Source: Microthyrium microscopicum
Taxonomy: Eukaryota
Direction: 5' to 3'
Length of the DNA stretch: 64,000 bases
NCBI GenBank assembly: GCA_010405405.1
Contig: MU004245.1
Coordinates: forward strand, 499,256 to 563,255
In this document: positions 1 to 11,965 of the stretch, in pieces
Numbering within the stretch: position 1 is the first letter of the stretch
Layout: the number at the start of each line of letters is the position of its first letter
Notes under the pieces: generated by a model
Seen by the model: the letters and a program-made list of their open reading frames with translations, nothing else
Database searches by the model: none
What the model was told of the DNA's origin: nothing
Made by a program: the position numbers and the translations under genes

Positions 1-656
1 GGGTGCAAGCTGTGCTGGATGCCGTCAATCGGAAGTACTTTACACCGAAGAGGGACTACATGATCACTTCGAGAAGTTAGGCCCAGTTGGCCGGGGAACT
101 AACAACTGGCCCTGCCATATCTCGCCCACGGTTCAAGAATGAAAAGAACATATGGGGCGAAAGCAAGGCCCACCGTCCGACTCTTGACTAACTAGTCAGG
201 CAACACTCGCCAGATTATATGCTGTCTATATCCTCCCAGCGATATACCTACTGTTAGTTTCTCGTGTGCGCCTGGACAACTTGTGAATTATCTCGTCATG
301 GGAACATTTTAGTTTGGCAATGACCCTTTACCGAAAGAGAGCTGCAACATGAAGTCAGTAACAAGAAATGAGAACTTCAACTCTATATGGACCAGACAGA
401 AAAGTCGGGTTGTGTGGCAACAGGCTGAGATATGCGTGCTTGCATTTTCTTTGGGGGTAGGCTTTTCCATTCATGGTCAGTTTGGGAATCAGAATACATT
501 TGCTCAAGACTCGACCTCTATGAATCTTTTCCTCATGATGCCAGTGGTAAAATTCTACCGATGCGCCAATTTTACTCTCAATACCATACCGCACAGCGCG
601 TTGTAAGTACAAACTTCGATGCAACTTCCCTGGGCGATGTTCTGCCATTTTTGCAA

Positions 657-2980
657 TCACTGCAATAGCACCATCGCTTTTGCAATCAGAATCCCGTTTT
701 TCTTCTCTTCTTGGGAGATCGAGGAAGGAAAACTTTGCAGCAAAACCAAGGCTTTCTCCAGTGGCAGACCGTCTGGACGGTCACCTTCCTTCGTCGACAA
801 CATCGCCTCTTGCAATGACGAATCTGGGCTATAGTAGTACAGAGCTGGGAACAAACATAGACTGACTTTGCCATTCCGAAGCGCCTCGGATTGTAAATCT
901 TCAAGATGATCTCCCTCAACATTCTGGGCCATCATACAAGTTGCATCGAACGGGGTATCGATCGGGAACAACCGGAGTTCACACTGCCACCGGTTGAGAT
1001 TGAGCTCGCCTTTAAATGACAAACACTTCTTATAAAGTGCTTGACAGTGTTCAAAATCAATTTCGCAAGATTGAAGCATTGCCGAGGTGGAGAATATGCC
1101 GTCGATTAGCTTGATAAAGGAAGCCTCTACCCCTTGCGCTTTGCTTGGTATAACTCTGTCTCTGAAGTCCTGGCTCTTTAGGATATGTTCGTGATAGAAA
1201 GAGTCCGCATGGAAAACCGAAGCAAATCCGTCTATATTAGACAGTTAGTGTCGAACAAAGCTTAAATGAAATGGAGAGGCTCACACTTGTTGGAGAATAA
1301 TGACTGAAAGTGCATCATAGACTCGTTGGATCTTGTTTGGCCAGGGCTTGGAAATGGTGTCTCAAATATCTCCTTTTTCAACACTTGACTCATGATGACG
1401 CACAAAATGTGAGCCGGCTTTGCAATGTCAATCAATTGCATGACTTGACTCCGAGAATTCCGGTCTGTAGCAAGACCAGTTCGAAAGAGAAAGTCAGACA
1501 TGGCGTGGAGCACTCCAATTGACAACTGATTCTGCGAATTCTGAGAAGTACGGCGACTTTTGAATGCTTTGCTTTGTGCGTCTTGAAGACTCTCAAACTC
1601 TTGCTGAATGTCCGTTCTAGTCATAGAAGGGTTGTATGTTCTGTTCAATAAAGGACAAACTCGAGAGTGCTCATTTTGTTGCTCGTCTTTAGCCATCGCT
1701 TGCCGATAATATTCCTTTGCAGCCTTAGCCGGGTCCGAGAGCTGGCTTGCAAAATCTGTGCTTTTCCGAAACAATTTCAGTTCATGTTCGTATCCTTGAT
1801 TCTTTCTTTCCAGTCTGAAGATTTGCATTTGGGCTTCTGCCATGTTTGCCTCCAGACTTTCAATGCGTGCTTGCTGTTCTTTACAGAGATCGACAAGGTT
1901 GCTTACTGAAGACTGGGCCATATGATGTAGGAAGGTTGAGCTAGCTGCGGTTGGTGGATTGATATTCGTGACGGCTGGTCGTGTGGAATTGAACAGAGTC
2001 CGCTGTTGGCTTTCGCTGCTAGCACGCTCTCCTTGCTTTGCGGTGCCAGTGGGCAGCACACGGCTTTCGAAAGTTGACGTCCCAGTTCGTGCACGTTTTT
2101 GGGCGTGCAGCTGTATTGAGGATCGTATTAGCGTAAGTTATCCAGAAATCAGACGTTTTAATTTGCTTACATTCAGGGAGCCATCTTCTGAATCCGAGAC
2201 ATGTATCCTACGCTTCGATGAACCGGTGATACTCGTGCTTGCTGCTGTTTGAACAGGCTCTTCAACTGTCCGTGAGACATTTCCAGGAACAGATGGTGGT
2301 AAGGCCTTCCCGTGTATAGACGACGAAGCATTGTCGTGAACGAACCCCGTCGTTGCCTCATGGACAGACTGTAAGCCTTCTCTTTGGATTGTCTGTGAGC
2401 TTTCTTTCTGCACAGGCCGTGATAAAACCTCGTAGAAGCCCTGTGAATCTTCCTGCGGGTTGACCTGGGAGCTATCTTGCCGTAATTGTTGTGACTTTTC
2501 TTGGTGGACAGGAGTCGAAGAACTGGGAAGAATAATGTGCGGATAAACTCCTTCGTCATTGGCGCGATGAATTGACTTTCCTGAAGAACTATCTCGCGTG
2601 TCGTCTTGCCATATACCCAGCGACGGCGTGATTCGAGAAGATTGAGATTGAGCTTGGGATTGAGCTTGAGATTGAGGCAGCGCTTGTCGTGCGGCTTCGA
2701 GCGCTTTATATTCCGCTGGATAGAGCTTACTAAACAAGGTCCAATTCATCCAGTCGGTGGTGCCTTTGGCGAAACCCATCCCACTTTTAGAAGGCTTACC
2801 CGCCTTTCTATAGATCTTGTCGAATTTGTTTTTGATTTTCGAAAGATCAAACGGTCTTCCTGGAAACTTTGCTTGTAGCTGCTGCAAAACTGTTGCCTCA
2901 AAGTTCTTTCCATTAGTTTGGCATTGTTCTGCCCATAGAAAGATATGCGCCGTTTCTGCTGGCTCCCATTTGATGATCAT
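657..2980 (-). CDS. Uncharacterised 3-exon protein: N-terminal Myb/SANT-like helix bundle, low-complexity linker, coiled coil, C-terminal GrpE/MIEAP-like domain
   Basis: ATG at 2980 (caagATG). Introns 2170..2111 (GTAAGC..GCTAAT..CAG) and ~1284..1232 (GTGAGC..CACTAAC..TAG) join ORFs 2138-3028, 1262-2059 and 657-1079 in frame. Coiled coil: LCKEQQARIESLEANMAEAQMQIFRLERKNQGYEHEL. C-terminus: VSLCLFPALY...ILIAKAMVLLQ*. Confidence 0.75.
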
Positions 2981-3516
2981 CTTGATGTTGACAATGTCTT
3001 GGATGGTTTCGAAGGGAGTTCGGAACACTGATCTGTTTTAGGCGGCACTAAACTCCTCGTGGTTTTATTTATGAGATAGCGAAGGGGATAGCAAAGATGA
3101 ATAGCAGAAGCAAACTGCGCAAGTTTTGTGTTTGTTGTCTCAAACTGCTGAACAAGGTAGGTAGGCACAGGTCTTGCTCAAACAACATGAATGAAGTCTG
3201 GCGGGTAGTGATGCAAGTCAACTGCAGCTCCTTCATTGTTGTCTCGCAGTTTCCCAATTGCCTGATCGCACTTTCCAAATTGGGCATCGGACTGAAACAT
3301 GCGCCTTCCAAAGCAACCTCACCTGAGGTGCTGAATGACCAACACCTTCCATTGGCAACGGTTGCCTATGCAGTCACACTCGTCGGTCATCGCACCATCT
3401 TTTTGAAATTTTTGCACACCATCTCTCTTCCAACCCTCCTCCATCTAGTACAAGCATTTCGATTATTGTTTTCACATTCGCTGGTCTTGCTGTACTAATC
3501 TTTGAGGCCCAATAGC

Positions 3517-6288
3517 ATGGCTTCTTCGTCTCAATATCTGCTACGATCAACGCCGTATCGTGCGCAGTTTCAGCGTCAAGTAAGTTCCATCCTTTGAGAG
3601 TTAGGCTGTCAATTTCTCCTACTGCCCCATACTACCACATCACTCAAGCAACCCATGACACTCATAGCATTCTATGGCTGCCATCAAGCGCAATGGAGAT
3701 TCGTCGCTTGGAGAGTTCCTTGCGGACTTGTCACTGCCTGTTGCCAGCGCCACATTAAAAAGACATATACTGATGATTTTAGGCTGTTGCTGCATCAAAC
3801 ACTCCCTCCCAGTCACGTTTGAATGCGACTCCGAGAAACGAGGTCGAGCCTAATTCTCTTTTCTCTCCGCGTGTACATGGAGGTCGCTCAGAAACGCCCA
3901 CCGAGGGCTACCAAGTATTCTACGTTGGCATGGACTTCGGCACCGGTCGTTCTAGTGCATGTGTTCTAGGCCTTCGCAAAGACGAAGATCCCACCACAAT
4001 TGACCCTCGACGCCTCAATAACCGAATCATAGAGGTGGCCAATTACCCTGGGGATCCTCAATCAGACCATCTCGAGAGAACTGTGAAGGAAGTTCCTACT
4101 GCGCTGCTTTACACCCTTATTGAAGATGGAAACTCTGGATATGCGCAGTGGAAGATTCTTTGGGGATGGGAAGTTCCGAAAGCACTCAGCGAAGCCAAAA
4201 ACCGTGAGTCGCTTTCCGAGATGGAAAAAGGCGAGATCAAGTACTTCAAGCTGCTACTAGACAATAGTGAATATACAGAGGACGTTCGCAAGGACATTCA
4301 GCGTCGCTTGTCACATATCTCTGCGATGTCTGCCAAGACAGCAGACCGACAAGAACGAGATGTGATTGTGGATTTTCTTGAAAAGTTCACTAAGCATATC
4401 ATTGAGCAGCTGGGGAGTGAGCATGGATATACCCGTGAACACAAAGTGTATTTCAGTATTGCCGTCCCTCCTTTGTGGGGGCACAAGGCATTGAAAAGAA
4501 TGCATGATGCCTTGGCACTGGCATTGTTCAGAAACAACTTTCCCAGCATCGTTCAGCAGGCAGGAAATTGCTCTTTACAGGTTGATCAGCTTATTCTGGC
4601 GTCTGAGCCCGAGGCTCATGCTTTCACGATCCTTGCAGAGCCAAAAAATCGGCATTTCTTCGAGGTATGGATGACCGGTTTGTCACAAGAACATGTAGCT
4701 AATCAAACAAGGACTTGAATCGTATGCTTCTGTTAGATATAGGTAGTGGTACGGTGGATGCCATTGTCTTTGTTATTCAAGGCCTAGTTGGCCAAATGCA
4801 GTTGGCGCAGGAAACAGCTGCTGGCGAGGGTAAGATACGAACCGCTAGATGTGTTTTCGATGCAGTTGCTTATGTTTTGTTCAGGTAGACTTTGCGGTTC
4901 TCATTATATCAATCGTCAATTCAAGCAACTTGGCCTCCACCGATTGCGCCCCGAGGTTGCCGATTTCTACGCCCCTACGTCTCTGGCTAAGATTGAATTG
5001 CTGTTTCAAACCGAAATCATGGATAAGTTTGAGAACGTATCCAAGCGAAAATTCGACTTTCATATGAGCGACACTGATCCGATGAATGAGTTTGCTGAGC
5101 AACGCATCAACGGCTACACTGTGCCAAACCTTGTCGGTAACACGGCAAAGCATTTTCAGGGTTCTCGAATACTTTATACTTTGTATGTGTCTTTCCAATA
5201 TAACGTTGAAGCCTGCCACACTGACATCTGCCAGAGCGCATATGCAGGATATATTCCGTCTTACTTGCGAGGGCACTTGGGAACTTGCTGAGAAGAAGCT
5301 GCTTGACACAAAGGATGATTCTGGCAATCCAACTATCGATGTAAGATGTCACCTATATTTGTTATTTTGCATGAACTAACAGTTCACAAGCGACTAGTAC
5401 TCGCTGGTGGTGGCGCGCAATCTGCCGTTGTTCAGAATTATATTCAAGATAAGTTGAATGAACGTGGCTGGTCGCAAGTCAAAGTTGTCATGCCTCTGAT
5501 CAAGTAAGCTCTCTTTCGGCAGTTACTAGAAAGTCAGCTAACGCAGCCGTAGGGGGGGACCTGGAGTGGCAGCATCGCGAGGCACAATCATTGCTGCACT
5601 GCATGGTCCACATGGGCCAACCCGAATAATGCACTGTAGCTATGGGTTGAGATGTAGCGAGCCGTTCCAGGAGCGTCCTGGCCATTATGCGGCTAAGTGC
5701 GAACTGGACGAGCGCGATGGCAGATATTACGCTGAAAATATGATGCGTTGGATTCTCAAGAAGGTATATTGTCTTTTGCCTTCCATTTTGCAAGGCGTTT
5801 TCGATTACTAACCAGTGTGCTACTTTTAGGGACAAGAAATTAGCTCCAACAATCGGTGCTTTACAGAGAAGTTTGATCGCATCATCGCTGTCGATGATGC
5901 TGACGATGATGAGGAGTGGATTTGGGAAGAGGAGCTTTACGCTTCAGACACTTGTATGGAGGATCACTATCCCATCGACCATGAAAAGAATGGTAGTAAG
6001 CATGTTTGGCCCAGATAACGGGATTGTATCACTAATACTTCTCTATACAATTGTCAGCTCATCAGCAAGATGCGTTTTGACCTCCGAAATCTACGACACC
6101 CATCGAATATCACGACAGATCCTGAAGGATACGAATATTACTTTCTGGAGTTTGCGATAGTTTTCGAGATCATTGGCTGGAATCTATACTACAAGGCACA
6201 TGCTCTGGATGAAAACAAAACTCCTCTGGCTGGCGCGGAAGAAGGTTGGTTCAGCGTCGCAGCAGCATTTACTCCGGGAGCGAAATGA
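3517..6288 (+). CDS. Atypical Hsp70 / actin-like ATPase (HSPA12-like), about 9 exons
   Basis: Approximate exons 3517-3579, 3783-4664, 4712-4829, 4885-5182, 5235-5340, 5391-5503, 5553-5763, 5830-~5993, 6058-6288, all with GT-AG introns. Motifs: phosphate-1 VGMDFGTG, IKYFKLLLD, IAVPPLW, SEPEAHA, phosphate-2 LLDIGSGTVD, GRLCGS, adenosine LVLAGGG, connect-2 VAASRG. Confidence 0.88.
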
Positions 6289-7126
6289 TTCTCCTTGTTG
6301 TTTAAGATGATCCTGATTTCTTGAAGGCCATCGTTAGGTTCGTAATGCAAGGCACAGGCTCTGGATATACGAACGCTGGCACATCTATCAGCAGGCTAGT
6401 GTAATTCCAGCAGCATGAGTTTTGGCCAAGGCACAATATCCCTAGGACTTCTCATAGATCACGAAAATGTAAAGTTGTTACTATAACACTACGATCACAA
6501 CCGAAACACATGAATTGGTGTTTTTCGTAGAGATGAGCTTCGGCGCGAGGTTCGTACCAGACTTATATCTAAATAGTGAGTCGAGGCTGAAGAAACATTT
6601 GCAGAGCAGGCAAAGCAAATTCCAAGCAACCCATGATTCAGTAAGCAGATGATAGATGGAACATAGACCAAGTAGCAAGCATGAACTTGCCGTATCGTAC
6701 TTTTAGCTAATGAGCAAGCTACGTGGGTTCTCTTAGTCGTTGTCATCCGGATGGTCAACTTCCTGATCTAATGGCTCCCACCGTGATAAGTGGCCATAAG
6801 CTCCAACTACTTCACAAAGAACCATATCCTGCTTCTTCGACTCATTTTTACGCCTAGTCCATGATAGCGACACTTGTGGCTCGGGCACTGTATAGAGATG
6901 TGTTTCTATCTTTAGCTTCCAGCTCCATCTGCGTATTGTTAGTAAATGCTTGATGTACAATATTCAAAGTAAGTTGGGAACGTTGCGAGCCAACCAGAGT
7001 ATACCCGTATAAGAAGTGCTATATACCCCTGGGACTGCGCAGCAGCATCCGCTTTCTCACGCGTCCGTTGGGATTCGGGGTGTGTTTCCGCCATAAAGTA
7101 CATTGAAAATAGCGTAATGGTCGGAC

Positions 7127-8673
7127 TTACCTAGTATCGTCAGGCATGAATGGAGCCGTTGTGCGAATTCGATTCATGTAGTAACGGGATAGATCAAAGT
7201 CTTCGGGCACCATAGGAAGGCGAAGTTGTTTGGGCTCTGAATGGGCCGCCTCCTGCTCTTCCACGGCAAGAGCTCCGAGTTCGCCAAGCGGATTTGATCC
7301 GCTAGCAGTATCTTGAATTTCTGCTGCTGTGAAGCTTGCTTTATGGACTGCAAGGGCAACCCGCATCGATTGGATCGAAGCGTCTCCTTGGGTAATCTGT
7401 TGTTGTAGCTCAGGCCAGGTGGCCTGAACTGATGGACCAATGACCATAAAACCTGCCACTTTGAGCGTAGACACCACTTCGTCCGTAGATACTGACTTGG
7501 AATCTTCGGCTGTTCGAGCTGCCAAAGCGGTCAAACGTTCTTGAATTCCAAGGTTATAACCGCTTTTGTCGTCAAGCGACAACAGCTTGAAGCCCATCTG
7601 TCGTACTAGATGTATTATGTTCCTCATGCTGGCAATGGAAGCCACAGCTGTAGCCGCAGACACAATAGTGAACTTTGTTTTTGTGGCAGTGTAGGCCTGT
7701 TGCTGGGCTCGTTGATACCACCAATTATATTCCCGCGGAGATCTGTATAATGGACTGACTGGACTGACCCGAGACCTGACGAGAACCCAATCTTCGTAGC
7801 AGAATTTGATGGCTAGCCGCCTTAACGCTGGTAGCGCTCCTACTAAATGTTGTGTTGATATCCAAAACATCTCTGTTTTCGACTTATCGAGTGGAGAGAA
7901 GGCGGCGCCTCCCCGGCGATCTTCCAAATCAGTGAAATCTATGATGAAATCAAGTTCTTTCAGGGCTGGGAACTCGCGTGCCAATAAATCCTCGTGGTAT
8001 TTCACTTCGACCCATCTCGCACTGAGCTTTGTGATTTGGCTGCTATATTTGGGGGAGATCTGGCGTGTAAAGCTAGGAGCCGAATCCAATTTAGCGCGAT
8101 ATGACCAGCGACGAAAAGTTTTGTTGAACTCCATATGAAGATGGAAGGAGTTCTTTCCATACAAGTACCAATACGCTTCGTCGTGGATTTGTCTACAAGA
8201 TGCGAGAATCTGTGTGTTTGGTGGAGGACTGCCATTTGTAAGCTTTTGTTTGTTCTAAGAGAGGACGTAACCATATTTCTCTAGGTCAATTCTCAAGGCA
8301 TTTTCTTCAGGGCAGTAACAACTCCTCCAGCTCATACAAAGTTAACAAAGCAAAACAATTAAAATAAGCAGTACCTTCGACATTTGGTGAATATTCTAAT
8401 CTAGAGGAACAGACTGGGAACTTACGAAGCGAGATTCGTGACTTTCATGACAAGTTTGCCCTTTTCCACAGGACTTATACAACAGGACTCGTAGACGATG
8501 CCTGGTTCCCTGATAGGTTTGGTCTTTTCTGTAGAGTTTACACAATAGAGGTCGTAGGTGATAGCCAGGTCCGATGGCTCGAGAAGGTTTGCGTATACCA
8601 TTTCTCGAAGCTCGAGAGGAAGCTTTCGCAGAAGAGAGCAAGTGCTGCTTTGGAAAGCGTATGGCCGATCCAT
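7127..8673 (-). CDS. Hypothetical protein with N-terminal F-box-like motif; exon boundaries and 3' end uncertain
   Basis: ATG 8673, MDRPYAFQSSTCSLLRKLPLELREMVYANLL (LLxLPxELRxxxY motif). Donor GTAAGT at 8425. 345-codon ORF at 7127-8164. A further GTAAGT donor at 7130 implies a last exon that I could not resolve. Confidence 0.6.
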
Positions 8674-9737
8674 GATGAAAAGATGGTGCAGCAGGGACAG
8701 TATAGTGATAAACAGTACCCAATGTGCTTATAATGCTGTGCAGAATCTGGTGTCGAAGTTGTAGAAGATTTTGGTGATCAGGTTGTGGAAAGGCTGCAGA
8801 TAAGAAGGATTTGCAAACTCAGCACAACGCTGGGTAAACTCGTAGGATTTATGTGAAGATGTGAGCCAGACGGAGAACAGGTAACGAATTTGCCTGGACC
8901 GTGGTTCGGAGAATTTTAGCTTGAATTAGTAGATCGGCGGTTTGGTCCATCAAAGTAGTGGTAGACTATAAGTTTTACGTCCCTGCTCTTGAATCCTTCG
9001 AAGTGTTCTCTGCTGTCATTTTGAGAGAAATGCTGAAGAGAATAGGACTTGGCTTTCTGTTTGAAAGGCTACAAGCAAAGAGAAGTGGAGATGTATTTAG
9101 CCCAGCCATGACATCTAATATGTCAAGCGACACGACAGAAGCAACATCACCATTCTGTTGAGAAGAGACATATTGGATAAGTTTACCTTCGATTGCATAT
9201 TGCGACTGCGATAATCTACTGCATTAGACCTAGATCACTCGTTTGATCTTTCAGGTCAGGAGGTAGATTGAATCTTCAATAAAGCTCAAAAGATCAAGAT
9301 GGGATACATGTCGCGTCTGGAGGTAAATCTCCAAGATTGTGGGCTGGAACGGTCCTGTAGGTACCCACCCTAAATAGTTCCCGCTGTGCTAATCGTTAGT
9401 AGACTAGAGTCAGGCTCGCATTATGGCACATGAGATAGAATTGTTTGAGGTTTCCACGAAGGTTGAAAGTTGAAGCAGTGAAGTTTGTCGCAGAAAGGAT
9501 GGCATGTAGTTGGAAGAGGAACGCGGGCTCGACCAGGGATCCTTGCACTAAAGCGCCACCATCCAGACGCTTTGATCCATGTCGCGCTCGCTTGTACACA
9601 CTCCCCGCCGTGCCGCCAATGTTCTCATGAAAGCAGCGCGCGCTGTGCCCATTCATCTCTTCAACGTCTCTCTATCTTGCGTGTATATACTGGCCTGCTT
9701 TACTGGACGAGCGGGTGGCTAGCGCAAACTCTCCGCA

Positions 9738-11697
9738 ATGGCCGACATACTAAAGGAGGTCGACCTCTTGCGCCCTCTCGATTCCTCACTTACATCGGAA
9801 GAACACGAGAATGACTGGCCTGTCTTCATCATGGAAAACGCTCTGGTCACGGACAAAGCAGGCAATCTTGTCAGCCTGTTTGAAGCGGCCGCCGACAACC
9901 TTTTGAGCGTATCTGGCGAGCTACAAAAGGACAAGGAGCAGCTGAGATACTGTGGGTTTTTATCATAGTGCATATTCGCGGTCATCATCTTCATTTACTG
10001 ACAATTGTATTACATAGATGTTTCGGGACGCGCCAAGAAGACGAATTACATCGAAGTGAACCCTGTTGGTCGCTATGCCTTTGGCGCTGATGGGTCAGGG
10101 GACAATGTATCGCTGTGGGCTGCTGGTAGAGCAGGGTGGTTCGAACTTCAGCCTGCCTTGGACTATAAGCAATTCTTTGATGAAATGGCATCCGGTGTGA
10201 CCGCGTGGTATTTCTTGATGGACAATCCTAAGTTACATAAGGCACCGTCCAAGGAAGTCTTTGCAGCATATGGCAAGAAAAAAAAAGTTACTCCCGAGGT
10301 TGCTGAAGGCACATTCGTCGGGCATGGTAAATTTTTGCTGGGGAACATGAAGAAAGCAGAAGGAAGATCATGGTCACAGAAGCCGATCTATCAGTACTTG
10401 AAAAAGCACTCTGGCCAGGTACGAGCCAGCATGAAATAGGCATCTACGTCACTAATTCATTATCTAGGCAAGCCAGTCTCAGCCAACACCTGATCGAATC
10501 GACTCTAAGCAGCCCAAAAGACGTGGTAGGAAACCCAGGTCATTTTATGAAAATGAAGTCGCTACACCTGAGCTCTCTAAGGAAGAAGCCAACACGAAGT
10601 CACTCCCTGCAATATTGGACCTGAAACGAGTAGAAGCCGATGCAGCCGTGCTTTGGAAGTTCATCCAGCGAGCCAGCGAAGAAACTGCTCGGCCTCGAAA
10701 GCTAAAGATGGAAATTCTGGCAAAGTCTCTTGTCAATGAGTTTGTGTTCGATAGCAACGAGCAAGCCACCAGTTACATACGCTTTCAAGGGACGTATCTT
10801 GTCAAGTACATGCAAGAACGAAGACGGCGGAAAGACTGGATGAATTCGCCTCTGTATGAGGACCTCCAGACTCATGTAATCCCTCCTAAAACTCGATCGC
10901 GAGTCGCGCGTATTCAACTTCAAGTCCGGGATTATCGCCTGGCCGACAAGATCGCCGTCGGTGGCCTAGAAATGTACTCCTCTTCTGATGAAGAAATTGC
11001 AACCCCTTATCACACCAAATCAGGGCTACGACCGAAGAGTGCTGGCAAGAAGCGCAAATCCTACACCGCTCAGGACGCAACACCAGCTCCTAATTCGGAC
11101 GATGGTGCAAACATGGGGTCGCCCGTTGCAGGAAAGAGGAAGAACATGGAAGATAGATCCGATCAGCGGAAGCGACGTGCACTATCGAATCAAGACTCTG
11201 ATGATTCATCGCAACGAGCTCAAAGTGCCGATCCCGTCACTGAAGGTGATAAGTCTCTCCCACTGCGCTGGAAGAGCGAACCATCTCGCTCTGGCGACAC
11301 CCCTCGAATTATTCGCGGAGTGAATTTGGACCCTCAACCAAACTCTCCAGGCGATATCTGGCAATGTTCTGCTCCTGATTGCTTGAAGCGCATATATGGT
11401 GCAAGTGGCGAATTGGGTCAAGAATTGATTAATGAGCATATTGAAAATCATCGGGAAGCAGAATTCCAGCAGCCACAAATTGATATTGCAATGCAAGAGA
11501 TGAAGAAGACAAATCTGCCAGTCGCGTAAGTCCTTGGTTCACTCTTTGACCGTGCGTGCTAACATAGATCCAGCAACTTGATTAAACGAATTCGTGAATT
11601 TGCTGCTGCTCAAGAGTTGGCAGATACAATCGCTGGCGCTTCTATGACCGACTCGGACACAAATGAAGTGAAACCGATCGATAGGTTATTTGCGTAA
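9738..11697 (+). CDS. RFTS (DNMT1 replication-foci-like) domain plus C-terminal C2H2-like zinc finger; Raf2/DIM-7-like heterochromatin factor
   Basis: Four exons, ~9738-9951, 10018-10418, 10468-11525, 11574-11697. Motifs: ENDWPVF, YAFG..VSLWAAGRAGWFELQPALDYKQFFDEM, WQCSAPDC..HIENH, LPVANLIKRIRE. Confidence 0.72.
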
Positions 11698-11965
11698 AGT
11701 TTTGCGCTCCGCAAATTACATGGATGACATTTCACGTCTTACGAAAAGATGAGTTCTAGGAAGTGAGGCATTGCATATCAAGGGCGTAAAGGATTGGGAC
11801 TAAAATCATTATTATCTTTTACATATGAACGGCGCAAGGGAATGATCAGAGACGCCTCATTTTGATACCCTGCGCTGGAGCTTCCAGCCAAATACATTTT
11901 TCAACCCAAGTACACTTGTACAGAATTAAATTGAGCTCGTGCTATTTCATAATACTACAGTCCGT

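Noticed and set aside
349..668. Short overlapping ORFs downstream of the first gene
   Set aside because: No recognisable motifs or splice support; likely 3' UTR or intergenic.
3069..3498. ORFs in the region between the divergent pair
   Set aside because: No coding signature; they occupy the shared promoter/5' UTR region.
6481..6960. Three short minus-strand ORFs
   Set aside because: Could not be joined into a convincing spliced gene.
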